Source: Rhodocyclaceae bacterium | Lineage (GTDB): Bacteria; Pseudomonadota; Gammaproteobacteria; Burkholderiales; Rhodocyclaceae | Direction of reading: 5' to 3' | Assembly (NCBI GenBank): GCA_035345935.1 | Contig: DAORDK010000001.1 | Location: 4,242 to 68,241 of the forward strand | DNA: 64,000 nt | In this document: positions 1 to 9,095 of the stretch, in pieces | How the letters are laid out: every line of letters starts with the position of its first letter | How positions within the stretch are numbered: the first letter of the stretch is position 1 | Translations under genes and position numbers: made by a program | The notes under the pieces: generated by a model | Seen by the model: the letters and a program-made list of their open reading frames with translations, nothing else | Database searches by the model: none | What the model was told of the DNA's origin: nothing

Positions 1-139
1 CATTCCCCTAAGGTAACCCGCTGAACGACAACGATCCTGTCGGGGCAGCAGATTTGCAAGCTGTCAAAGCCTCCAGCATCGTCTTGCCTCTGCGGAGCCT
101 CGCCGCTCGGCTCTGTAGCGCAGCAACGCCAGAATTGGC

Positions 140-1714
140 TCAAGCGACTTCGCGGGCGTCGAGAAACTTCAGCTTAGGGTACTTCTCGGCCATCATGTTC
201 AAGTAAACGTTGCTTGGCGCCAGATAGACGGGGTCGTCAGCGCCATCGAGCGCGACATTCGCCCCGTAGCGTTCCGAAAGCTGGCGCATTTCGCCCTCGT
301 CTCCCTTGATCCAGCGGACCGTTGCGCAGTTGTACGACTCGAAGATCACTTGGACGCCGTATTCGTTTTCCAGGCGATGGGCGACGACGTCAAACTGCAG
401 CACGCCAACGGCGCCCAGGATGAGTTCATTGCCCGCAAGCGGCCGGAAAAGTTGGGTCGCCCCTTCTTCAGCTAATTGCTGAAGACCCTTATGTAATTGT
501 TTAATTCTTAATGGATTTGCGATTCGTGCCAAGCGAAAGTGCTCCGGCGCAAATGACGGAATGCCGACGAAACGCAGCTCCTCGCCTTCGGTGAAGGTTT
601 CCCCAAGGCGAATCGAACCATGATTGGGAATTCCGATGATGTCCCCCGGATAGGCTTCGTCCGTGGTACTGCGGTCCCGCGCCATGAAGGTGATGGCGTT
701 ATTGACCGCTAACAGCTTGCCCCCAGCCACCTGCTTGACCTTCATGCCGCGCTCGAAGCGACCCGAACACACTCTCAGGAAGGCAATCCGATCGCGGTGC
801 TTGGGGTCCATGTTGGCCTGAATCTTGAATACGAAGGCGGAAAACCGCGGCTCACCTGGCGCCACGGTCCGCGTCGCGGCCGGCCGCGCTTGGGGTCCCG
901 GCGACAGGTCGACAATCGCATCTAGCAGGGACTGAACACCGAAATTATTCACCGCAGAGCCGAAAAATACCGGAGTCTGCTTCCCGGACAAGTAAGCATG
1001 CGCGTCGAAGGCATGGGACGCACCGCGCACGAGTTCCACATCCAGACGCAATTCGTCCGCCTGTGCCCCGATCAGCTCATCCAACCGAGGGTTGTCCAAA
1101 CCCTGGATGAACTCGCCGGTCCCCTTCTCGGCCTGGGGATCGAAAAACGCGATGGTGTCGTCGTAAAGATGGTAAACGCCCCGAAACCGCTTTCCCATAC
1201 CTATGGGCCAGGTCATGGGAGCACACTGGATCTTCAGCACGTCCTCAATTTCGTCCAGCAGATCGATCGGCGATTTGCCTTCCCGGTCCAGTTTGTTGAT
1301 GAAAGTCAGGATGGGCGTATCGCGCATTCGACAGACGTTGAGCAGTTTGATGGTCTGAGCCTCGACGCCATTGACCGAGTCGATCACCATGACACCCGAG
1401 TCCACTGCCGTCAGGGTACGGTACGTATCCTCGGAGAAATCCTCGTGTCCTGGAGTATCCAGGAGATTGACCATACATTCCCGATAAGGAAACTGCATCA
1501 CCGATGAGGTTACCGAAATACCTCGCTGCTTTTCCAGTTCCATCCAGTCGGAAGTGGCATGGCGGCTTGCTTTACGCGCGCGAACCTCTCCGGCGACCTG
1601 AATAGCTCCTCCAAACCAGAGCAGCTTCTCGGTCAGGGTCGTCTTGCCCGCGTCGGGGTGGGAAATAATGGCAAAGGTTCGGCGACGGGAGATTTCGGTA
1701 TCCAGGGAATTCAC
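140..1714 (-). CDS. prfC: peptide chain release factor 3 (translational GTPase)
   Basis: 524-aa ORF with G-domain motifs [20 protein letters not shown] and NKLDR, colinear with the RF3 family over its full length. The start codon is GTG (cac on the + strand at 1712-1714). Confidence 0.95.
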   Translation of the reverse strand: MNSLDTEISRRRTFAIISHPDAGKTTLTEKLLWFGGAIQVAGEVRARKASRHATSDWMELEKQRGISVTSSVMQFPYRECMVNLLDTPGHEDFSEDTYRTLTAVDSGVMVIDSVNGVEAQTIKLLNVCRMRDTPILTFINKLDREGKSPIDLLDEIEDVLKIQCAPMTWPIGMGKRFRGVYHLYDDTIAFFDPQAEKGTGEFIQGLDNPRLDELIGAQADELRLDVELVRGASHAFDAHAYLSGKQTPVFFGSAVNNFGVQSLLDAIVDLSPGPQARPAATRTVAPGEPRFSAFVFKIQANMDPKHRDRIAFLRVCSGRFERGMKVKQVAGGKLLAVNNAITFMARDRSTTDEAYPGDIIGIPNHGSIRLGETFTEGEELRFVGIPSFAPEHFRLARIANPLRIKQLHKGLQQLAEEGATQLFRPLAGNELILGAVGVLQFDVVAHRLENEYGVQVIFESYNCATVRWIKGDEGEMRQLSERYGANVALDGADDPVYLAPSNVYLNMMAEKYPKLKFLDAREVA

Positions 1715-1805
1715 GGTATGGTCGGCAAAGGCAAAGTGGCGGCATTATACTGCCCGCCCCTTTCGCCACGCCGCCGGAATTTCGCGTCCAGCAGGAGTTG
1801 GGCCA

Positions 1806-3038
1806 TCAGCGTGCGACCAGCGGGCATCCACCTTCCGCTAGCGGGCGAAAGGCGGTTTCTCCCGGGATGGTCTCAAGAATCCTCAGGTAATCCCAAGCCA
1901 CGGCAATTTCTCCCGGCTTTCTGACCTGCAGGAGAAGGACATCGTGGACCATGCGCCCATCCGGCCGCAGAATCCCTTTGCCGACAATCGGATCCCGTAT
2001 TGGAATCTCCCGCATCTTGCTCACCACCGCGCGGCTCTCGACCGTTCCGGCGGCGCTCACGGCCTTGAAATAATGGGTAAGCGCCGAATATACCCCTGCC
2101 TGGAGGTCGGTCGGCATCGAGCCGCTCCTCTCGTAGAAGCGCCGCGACCAGATGCGCGATTCCTCGTCTCGGTTCCAGTAAAAAGCATGGGTAAGCTTCA
2201 GCCCCTGCGCAAGCTGCGGCTGCATGACATGAACGTCGCTCAGCGTAGTCGCGACGGCAGCCAGCATGATCTTCCCACGGCTGACTCCCAGAAGATCGTA
2301 GGCCTGGCGGACAGACGCGATCAGGTCGGTTCCCGCATTGACCAGCCCAATGACCTCAGCGCCGGACTGAGCCGCCACGCGAAGCTTGCCGAAAAGATGC
2401 TCTTCGCCCCTGGCGTGCGTAATGCTTCCGACGACGGTTCCCCCGTTCTTCTGAATGACCGTGGTGAGAGACTGCTGGACGTCTCGCCCGAACTGGTTAT
2501 CCACGACCACTAGAAACCAGCGACGCGCGCCGAGACGAGTCAATTCCCCACCGATCACCTGATTGAACGCGTAGCCATCGTACATCCAGTGGATACCGTT
2601 GGCTGCGCAGGCCTTACCCGTAAGCGCCGGAGTCATCACTCCGTTGTAGAACGCCACGACGTCCCGATTCCGGATGACTTCCTGAACCGCCAGGGCGGTG
2701 GGTGACCCGACGACATCGGCGATAACCTGTACAGTGGATCGATCGGTCCATTCGCGGGCGATGCGTGCGGCAACCGCGGGTTCGTTCTCGTGATCTGCAA
2801 AGATGACGCGTACGGGTTTCCCCAAGAGCGTCCCTCCTGCGTCTTCAATCGCCAAACGCGCCGCAGTGACCGATCCTTGGCCAGCGATATGCGCGTAGCT
2901 GCCCTTCATGTCGAGCAACAGACCGATGGTGATCGTTTCGGGATCTCCCGCCGGGGTCGCGAAAACCAAGCCGATCCTGCCCAGGATGGCGATCCCCACC
3001 CATAAGCGGCATATGGCTGAAATATATTGCTTGATCAT
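1806..3038 (-). CDS. periplasmic substrate-binding protein, type-1 PBP (branched-chain amino acid / LivK-like ABC transporter family)
   Basis: About 410-aa ORF with a hydrophobic N-terminal signal-like segment (ICRLWVGIAILGRIGLVFA) and an overall Leu/Ile/Val-binding-protein-like layout. The track start at 3050 is TTG, so I moved the start to the ATG at 3038. No permease or ATPase gene is adjacent. Confidence 0.75.
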   Translation of the reverse strand: MIKQYISAICRLWVGIAILGRIGLVFATPAGDPETITIGLLLDMKGSYAHIAGQGSVTAARLAIEDAGGTLLGKPVRVIFADHENEPAVAARIAREWTDRSTVQVIADVVGSPTALAVQEVIRNRDVVAFYNGVMTPALTGKACAANGIHWMYDGYAFNQVIGGELTRLGARRWFLVVVDNQFGRDVQQSLTTVIQKNGGTVVGSITHARGEEHLFGKLRVAAQSGAEVIGLVNAGTDLIASVRQAYDLLGVSRGKIMLAAVATTLSDVHVMQPQLAQGLKLTHAFYWNRDEESRIWSRRFYERSGSMPTDLQAGVYSALTHYFKAVSAAGTVESRAVVSKMREIPIRDPIVGKGILRPDGRMVHDVLLLQVRKPGEIAVAWDYLRILETIPGETAFRPLAEGGCPLVAR

Positions 3039-3118
3039 TGGCCCCAACAATGGAGAAGTTCTTTTTTTTCACTATTATGTGCGAACTCCTATCGTCCAGG
3101 TGATCGCAAGCTTTGGTC

Positions 3119-5743
3119 ATGCCCCTAGGCAATCGATTTCCCGCTCTCGTACTCGCGGCAGTAGTGGCCATCGGCCTCGCGCTCCTTGGAGCTTTCTCTT
3201 ATTACAACGGGATCCACAGGGAATTTCTTGCCGCGAATTTCGATAGTGTCCATGGCGCAAGAACCTTGCTCAAGGCACAGGCTTTTCTTAAGCAGGCCCA
3301 GGATCGCCTGGAGCGCGCTGCGCTCCCCCAATCCAATCTGCAGCCCCTGCTCCGTCAGGCTGTTGACGCCTTGTTCCAGGCCGCAAGCTACGGGGCGGAA
3401 GGTTCCGACGATGCGCGGCATCGCCGATCGGAGCTCACCAGCCGAACTCGAATTCTGCACAAGCAGGTCGAGCAATTGCTGGTTTCTGCTTCCGAGCCCG
3501 CGGTAACAGCCAGCCTGCCGACCATTGTTGCCCAAGTTCGGGGATTGGCGGAGGAGTTCGGCACCGCTGAATTGGAACACTGGGGAACCCTATCGTCCCT
3601 CAATAGCGAGCTTGCCCTTCGCATGGAACAGCTTCGGCTGTTCATTGCGGCAACCATCTTCATCTTCGTGGCCATCATGCTTATTCTGGCCCGTTCTCTC
3701 CAACGAACCCGCCAAGCCGAGAGCGCGCTACGCAACGCCAAGCGAGACACCGAAGCAATCCAGCAAACGACCCTTGACGCCGCGACGATCGGGATTGTCT
3801 ACCTCAACATGGACGACCCGGAGCATCCCAGAGTCATCGCGGCAAACCGCCAGATGGCCACCATTCTCGGCATTTCCCTGGATCAATTGGTCGGCACATC
3901 GCTCACTCGGTTTTACGCCGATTTAAGCAGCTTTCAGGCCTCTATCGCCGAATTACGCAAGGTCTTGGCAAGCGGAGAAGTACTGCGCGGCGAGAAACTG
4001 CTACGCCGACACGACGGGAGTCTCTTCTGGTGTGCCTTTTCGGCCAAAGCCATCGACGCGACCGATGCCTCCCGGGGGATAGTGTGCTTGCTCGAGGACG
4101 TCAGCGAGCAGAAGCGCGCCGAAGAAGAACTCGAATCGGCCAAGCGCGACGCCGAAAGCGCCAACCGAGCCAAGAGCGAATTTCTCGCGAATATGAGCCA
4201 CGAGATCCGAACTCCGTTCACCGGAGTCCTCGGCATGCTGGAATTGCTGCTCCAGTCCCGCCTCTTGCCCGAGCAGCGGCGCCATGCCGAATTAGCCCAC
4301 CGCAGTACCCGAAATCTCCTTGCCATTGTTGACGACATTCTCGACCTCTCTCGCATCGAGAATGGCAAATTCGAACTCCATCCGGCCCCCACCGAATTGC
4401 GCCCGCTGCTTGAAGGAATCGTCCAGTTTCATCGTGTCCAGGGCGAAAAAAAGGGCTTGGAAGTCCAACCTCAAATCGATCCGGCCATTCCAGACTTCGT
4501 TGTTGTAGATGGCCTGCGCCTGCGTCAGATTCTCGACAACCTGATGGGCAACGCTTTGAAATTCACCCCGCGCGGACGCGTGAACCTGGCTGCGGAAATC
4601 ACCGCGTCCGAACCTGACCGGTGCCGGCTGCGTTTTACGGTCTCCGACACGGGAATAGGCATTCCGGCAACGCAGCAGGCCCGAATTTTCGAAAAATTCA
4701 TCCAAGCCGATGGCTCCACGGCCCGCGTATTCGGCGGCAGCGGGCTTGGACTGGCGATCTGTCGGCAGTTGGTCGATCGTATGGGTGGAGAGATGGGCGT
4801 CAGCAGTTTCGAGGGACGGGGAAGTCGGTTCTGGGTGGAATTCGACCTCCAGGTCGTCCCTTCACCGGGTTTGCGCGAACCTATGCCTTTAAACGCAGAT
4901 CCAATCCGCCTCCCCGCCGGCGTGCGTGTTCTTGTGGCAGACGACAGCGATACGAATCGCGAAGTCCTTGCCGGCTTGCTCGAGGGCTTTGGGGCTGTCG
5001 TGATCCTGGCAGAAAACGGTGAGGAAGCCGTGCGTCTCGCCGCCAACGAGCGTCCCGACGTCATCTTGATGGATATCCAGATGCCCGGCTTGGACGGATA
5101 CGAGGCCACCCGCTTGATTCGGGCGGCGGAGACCCTGGGCAAGCGGGTGCCGATTATCGCGCTCACAGCCCACGCCATGGCGGGCGATCGCGAAAAATGC
5201 CTTGCCGCCGGCATGGACGATTACGTGTCCAAACCCGTCGCCCAAGAAGTGCTCGCGGCCTGTGTTGCACTTCAGCTTGCGTATGTTTCACCGGAATCCG
5301 TCTTGGGCGAGACCGAGGCATCGCCCCGCGCTGCTCCTTATCGAGGCCATATCCTGCTTGCCGAGGATGACGAATCGATTCGTACCGCTTGCCGTGGGCT
5401 CCTCGAACACTTGGGATGCCAGGTGACCACGGCGATCGACGGTGGCGAAGCCCTCGCGCTATTCGGCAGTGACGATTTCGATCTGGTTCTGCTCGATTGC
5501 CGGATGCCAGGGCTATCGGGCCAGGAAACGGCACGCCTGTGGCGCCAGAAGGAATTGGAGGCGCGACGCATGCCGACTGCCATCGTTGCGCTCACCGCCC
5601 TGGCTTCCGCCGAAGATAGATCAGAATGCCTTGCCGCAGGCATGAACGACACCCTGGCAAAACCCTTCAATCAGGAAGATCTGGAAAAGCTGCTCGAGGC
5701 ATGGCTGGGGCGCGATCCCCACCGGGAGTCCAAGACAGGGTAA
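3119..5743 (+). CDS. hybrid sensor histidine kinase with two C-terminal receiver domains (TM-PAS-HisKA-HATPase-REC-REC)
   Basis: Contains the H-box SHEIRTPFTGVLG, an N/G-box region (GNALKFTP, DTGIGI, GGSGLGLAI) and two receiver segments (VLVADDSDTNREV..DIQMPGLDG and ILLAEDDESIR..DCRMPGLSG). A PAS-like segment precedes the H-box. The track start at 3113 is TTG, so I used the ATG at 3119. Confidence 0.9.
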   Translation: MPLGNRFPALVLAAVVAIGLALLGAFSYYNGIHREFLAANFDSVHGARTLLKAQAFLKQAQDRLERAALPQSNLQPLLRQAVDALFQAASYGAEGSDDARHRRSELTSRTRILHKQVEQLLVSASEPAVTASLPTIVAQVRGLAEEFGTAELEHWGTLSSLNSELALRMEQLRLFIAATIFIFVAIMLILARSLQRTRQAESALRNAKRDTEAIQQTTLDAATIGIVYLNMDDPEHPRVIAANRQMATILGISLDQLVGTSLTRFYADLSSFQASIAELRKVLASGEVLRGEKLLRRHDGSLFWCAFSAKAIDATDASRGIVCLLEDVSEQKRAEEELESAKRDAESANRAKSEFLANMSHEIRTPFTGVLGMLELLLQSRLLPEQRRHAELAHRSTRNLLAIVDDILDLSRIENGKFELHPAPTELRPLLEGIVQFHRVQGEKKGLEVQPQIDPAIPDFVVVDGLRLRQILDNLMGNALKFTPRGRVNLAAEITASEPDRCRLRFTVSDTGIGIPATQQARIFEKFIQADGSTARVFGGSGLGLAICRQLVDRMGGEMGVSSFEGRGSRFWVEFDLQVVPSPGLREPMPLNADPIRLPAGVRVLVADDSDTNREVLAGLLEGFGAVVILAENGEEAVRLAANERPDVILMDIQMPGLDGYEATRLIRAAETLGKRVPIIALTAHAMAGDREKCLAAGMDDYVSKPVAQEVLAACVALQLAYVSPESVLGETEASPRAAPYRGHILLAEDDESIRTACRGLLEHLGCQVTTAIDGGEALALFGSDDFDLVLLDCRMPGLSGQETARLWRQKELEARRMPTAIVALTALASAEDRSECLAAGMNDTLAKPFNQEDLEKLLEAWLGRDPHRESKTG

Positions 5744-5796
5744 ACTGCTGTCCTTTTCGCGAAGGCTGTCCAGCCGCCAATCCGATAGAGATTCCC

Positions 5797-6873
5797 ATGA
5801 GCACTCAGAACCTAGAAAACGTCAATGTCAGCGCCTTCGACGCGATGCCCACGCCGGAGGAACTCCACGCTCGCCTTCCGCTTTCCGTCAAGGCCGCCCA
5901 CACCGTGAATCAGGGTCGCAGCACCTTGCGCCGCATTCTCGATCGCAAGGATCATCGCCTGTTCGCGGTCGTCGGCCCCTGCTCGATCCACGACCCCAAC
6001 GCAGGCCTGGATTACGCGCGCCGGCTCCATGAGTTGTCCCGCGAAATCGGTGACACCATCTGCCTGGTGATGCGCGTCTACTTCGAAAAGCCACGCACGA
6101 CAGTGGGCTGGAAGGGCTACATCAACGACCCCTACATGGACGATTCGTTCCGCGTCGACGTCGGCATGGAAAAGGCCCGCGATTTCCTGTTGAAGATCAA
6201 TGAGCTCGGACTGCCCACCGGTACGGAAGCCCTAGACCCGATTTCTCCCCAGTACTACGGCGACCTGATCGCCTGGACCGCCATCGGAGCCCGCACTACC
6301 GAGTCCCAGACCCATCGCGAAATGTCTTCCGGGCTCTCCACTCCCGTTGGCTTCAAGAACGGCACCAGCGGCGATCTGGCTGTGGCCGTCAATGCCATCC
6401 TTTCGGCGTCCAAGCCCCACTCCTTTCTCGGCATCAATGGCCAAGGCCGCGTCGCCATCGTCCGCACCAGCGGAAATCGCCACGGACACGTCGTCCTGCG
6501 CGGGGGGGATTCGCGACCCAACTACGATACGGTTTCCGTCTCGATGGCCGAGCAGGCGCTGACCAAGGCCAAGCTCCCCCACAACATCGTCGTCGATTGT
6601 TCCCACGCCAACAGCAGCAAGAAACCCGAGTTGCAACCCCTGGTGATGGCGGACGTGGTGAACCAGATCCGGCTCGGCAACAAATCCCTGGTCGGCGTGA
6701 TGATCGAGTCGAACATCGAGGCCGGAAACCAGCCGATTCCCGCCGACCTCAGCCAATTGCGCTACGGTTGTTCGGTCACCGACGCCTGCGTGGACTGGTC
6801 CACGACGGAAAAAATGCTGCGCGACGCTGCCATCCTGTTGCGCGATGTCCTTCCGGGCCGCCTGGACGCCTGA
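5797..6873 (+). CDS. aroG: 3-deoxy-7-phosphoheptulonate (DAHP) synthase, class I
   Basis: 358 aa from the ATG at 5797 (MSTQNLENV). Conserved blocks GPCSIHD, RVYFEKPRTTVGWKG, GARTTESQ(T)HRE and SHANS are colinear with E. coli AroG/F/H. Isozyme (feedback) specificity cannot be told from sequence. The 57-codon upstream extension in the ORF track overlaps the preceding kinase gene and was discarded. Confidence 0.92.
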   Translation: MSTQNLENVNVSAFDAMPTPEELHARLPLSVKAAHTVNQGRSTLRRILDRKDHRLFAVVGPCSIHDPNAGLDYARRLHELSREIGDTICLVMRVYFEKPRTTVGWKGYINDPYMDDSFRVDVGMEKARDFLLKINELGLPTGTEALDPISPQYYGDLIAWTAIGARTTESQTHREMSSGLSTPVGFKNGTSGDLAVAVNAILSASKPHSFLGINGQGRVAIVRTSGNRHGHVVLRGGDSRPNYDTVSVSMAEQALTKAKLPHNIVVDCSHANSSKKPELQPLVMADVVNQIRLGNKSLVGVMIESNIEAGNQPIPADLSQLRYGCSVTDACVDWSTTEKMLRDAAILLRDVLPGRLDA

Positions 6874-6892
6874 CCATTCCGCTTCGCCGCCG

Positions 6893-8122
6893 ATGCCTCT
6901 GATCCGCCCCTTCGCCGGCCTGCGCCCGGCACCCGGTCGCGCCGGGGACGTTGCCGCCCCACCCTACGACGTACTCTCCAGCGACGAGGCCCGGGAAAGG
7001 GCCGCCGGTCGCCCCTGGAGTTTCCTCCACATCTCCAAGGCGGAAATCGACCTGCCGGCCGACGTCGACCCCTATTCCCCTTCGGTTTACGCTCGCTCTG
7101 CTGCGAATCTTGCAGCCATGATTTCGGCTGGCGTTCTCATCCGGGATGAATCTCCCCGCTACTATGCCTACCGCCTGGTCATGGGCAATCATGTCCAGAC
7201 CGGTCTGGTTGCGGCCGCATCGGTGGCCGATTACGACAGCAATCGCATCCGCCGCCATGAATTCACCCGGCCTGACAAGGAAGACGACCGAGTCCGTCAA
7301 ATCGAGGCCCTCAATGCCCACACCGGCCCCGTCCTCCTGGCATACCCTGATTGCCCGGTGGCCGATGGGATCATCGCGGCCGCCACGGCCGGGGAACCAC
7401 TCGCCGACGTCACCGCCGACGGAGTCCGGCACATGACCTGGGCCATAGAACATCCAGACGCCGTCGCCGCCCTCTCAGCGGCCATCGACGGCCTACCCTG
7501 CCTATACATCGCCGACGGTCACCACCGCTCGGCCGCGGCGTCCCGGGTTGCTGCGGCTCGCCGCAAGCCTGACAGCGCAGATGGTTCGGCAGAAGCCTTT
7601 CTTTCGGTGATGTTCCCTGCCCACGAGATGCGGATCATGGATTACAACCGCCTGGTCAGGGACTTGAACGGCCTCAGCCCGGAGGCCTTTCTTGCCGGAG
7701 TGTCGGAAGCCTTCGAGGTCGTACCCGTCGATCGGGCTTTTTCGCCGGAAAGCCCTGGGATCTTCGCTCTCTACCTGGCCGGTCGCTGGCATCGCCTGGC
7801 CATCGATCCATGTCGCATCCCGCTCGCCGACCCGGTAGCCCGACTGGATGTCAGTCTCCTCTCCGACCATCTCCTGGGTCCGATCCTCGGCATCGCCGAT
7901 CTGCGACGCGACAAGCGCATCGACTTCGTAGGCGGCATTCGTGGTCTAGGGGAACTCGAACGACGGGTTGATAGCGGAGAGATGGCGGTCGCATTTGCCC
8001 TCCACCCCACCCGTATGGCGGACCTCATGGCTGTAGCCGATGCCGGGGAAGTCATGCCCCCCAAATCCACCTGGTTTGAGCCCAAGCTTGCCGACGGGCT
8101 CCTATCCCACGTTCTGGACTGA
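6893..8122 (+). CDS. DUF1015 family protein (function unknown)
   Basis: The N-terminus MPLIRPFAGLRPAPGRAGDVAAPPYDVLSSDEAR is the characteristic DUF1015 opening. The gene is about 409 aa from the ATG at 6893 and lies 20 nt downstream of the aroG stop. Confidence 0.75.
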   Translation: MPLIRPFAGLRPAPGRAGDVAAPPYDVLSSDEARERAAGRPWSFLHISKAEIDLPADVDPYSPSVYARSAANLAAMISAGVLIRDESPRYYAYRLVMGNHVQTGLVAAASVADYDSNRIRRHEFTRPDKEDDRVRQIEALNAHTGPVLLAYPDCPVADGIIAAATAGEPLADVTADGVRHMTWAIEHPDAVAALSAAIDGLPCLYIADGHHRSAAASRVAAARRKPDSADGSAEAFLSVMFPAHEMRIMDYNRLVRDLNGLSPEAFLAGVSEAFEVVPVDRAFSPESPGIFALYLAGRWHRLAIDPCRIPLADPVARLDVSLLSDHLLGPILGIADLRRDKRIDFVGGIRGLGELERRVDSGEMAVAFALHPTRMADLMAVADAGEVMPPKSTWFEPKLADGLLSHVLD

Positions 8123-8153
8123 TTTCAGAGCCAGATCGCGAGGCTGCCCGGGG

Positions 8154-8549
8154 TCATTGCAGGTCCACTGCGTAACGCTTGAGGTCGTCCAAGGCGATGA
8201 CCTCCAACGATGCCTGGTTGCTAGCCGTCAGGACCACCCGAGGTGCCCGGCCACCCGCCAGGGCTTCCAGCCAACGGGCAGCGCACAGGCACCAGCGGTC
8301 GCCCGGCTTCAGCCCAGGAAAACCGTACTCCGGTCTTGGCGTGGATAAATCGTTGCCGCGCTGCTGAGAGAACTCCAGGAACTCGGGCGTCGCCACGATG
8401 CACACCGTATGGCTGCCAAAATCGTCAGGGCCGGTGTTGCAGCAACCGTCTCGGAAAAACCCAGTACGAGGCCGCTCGCTGCAGGGGAGCAAAGGACCCC
8501 CAAGGACATTCAATTGACTTCCCCGCCCTGGCCAGTCACGAGGCTTCAT
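8154..8549 (-). CDS. DUF2237 family Cys-rich protein (function unknown)
   Basis: 131-aa ORF with an ATG start and six Cys residues (LLPCSE, DGCCNTG, HTVCIV, WCLCAARW). It starts 10 nt after the iscX stop on the same strand. Confidence 0.7.
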   Translation of the reverse strand: MKPRDWPGRGSQLNVLGGPLLPCSERPRTGFFRDGCCNTGPDDFGSHTVCIVATPEFLEFSQQRGNDLSTPRPEYGFPGLKPGDRWCLCAARWLEALAGGRAPRVVLTASNQASLEVIALDDLKRYAVDLQ

Positions 8550-8559
8550 GCCTGCACCG

Positions 8560-8754
8560 TCACTCGACTTCGTCTATCCAGGCCTGCTGGATGGCTTCTA
8601 GGATTTTTTCGCCACAGTGCTTGGGATCGTCGTCAAAATCCGGTAGCGCCAGCACCCAAGCGCGGAGGTCGACAAAGTTGGCCTTGAGCGGATCCTTGTC
8701 CGGATAAGCCTCGGCCAGCTCGATGGCAATGTCGTTAATGTCGGTCCATTTCAT
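8560..8754 (-). CDS. iscX: Fe-S cluster assembly protein IscX
   Basis: 64-aa acidic protein [23 protein letters not shown]... in the last canonical position of the isc operon. Its ATG at 8754 overlaps the fdx stop. The longer 133-aa track ORF is an artefactual upstream extension into fdx. Confidence 0.85.
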   Translation of the reverse strand: MKWTDINDIAIELAEAYPDKDPLKANFVDLRAWVLALPDFDDDPKHCGEKILEAIQQAWIDEVE

Positions 8755-9095
8755 TTCCTGTGCCCCTCCTTCGCCATATTGATGCTGTACTTGGGGATTT
8801 CTACCACCAGCGGCGTTTCGCCGACGGTCGCCTGGCACCCCAGCCGGGAATTGGGCTCCAAGCCCCAGGCCTTGTCCAGCAAATCTTCTTCGTCGTCCTC
8901 GGCGGGTTCCAACGAGTTGAAACCCTCGCGCACGATGACGTGACAAGTAGTGCAGGCGCAAGACATCTCGCAGGCGTGTTCAAGCTCGATGTCGTTTTCC
9001 AGCAGAGTCTGGCAGATGGATTTTCCAGCTTCGGCTTCGATCACCGCGCCATCCGGACACAGTTCAACGTGAGGCAGCACGACGATCTGAGTCAT
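8751..9095 (-). CDS. fdx: ISC-system [2Fe-2S] ferredoxin
   Basis: 114 aa with the adrenodoxin-type Cys pattern [12 protein letters not shown]...GCQ. It is positioned between hscA and iscX. Confidence 0.93.
   Translation of the reverse strand: MTQIVVLPHVELCPDGAVIEAEAGKSICQTLLENDIELEHACEMSCACTTCHVIVREGFNSLEPAEDDEEDLLDKAWGLEPNSRLGCQATVGETPLVVEIPKYSINMAKEGHRK

Noticed and set aside
5626-5796. N-terminal extensions in the ORF track that begin upstream of the biologically plausible start. Examples are aroG from 5626, iscX from 8961, iscA from 11999, tsaB from 33077, putA from 23780, ompR from 34430, suhB from 17992, HDOD from 16179, and the modC frame from 54255.
   Set aside because: The extensions overlap neighbouring genes, lack similarity to the family N-termini, and internal ATG/GTG/TTG codons with better context reproduce the expected protein lengths.
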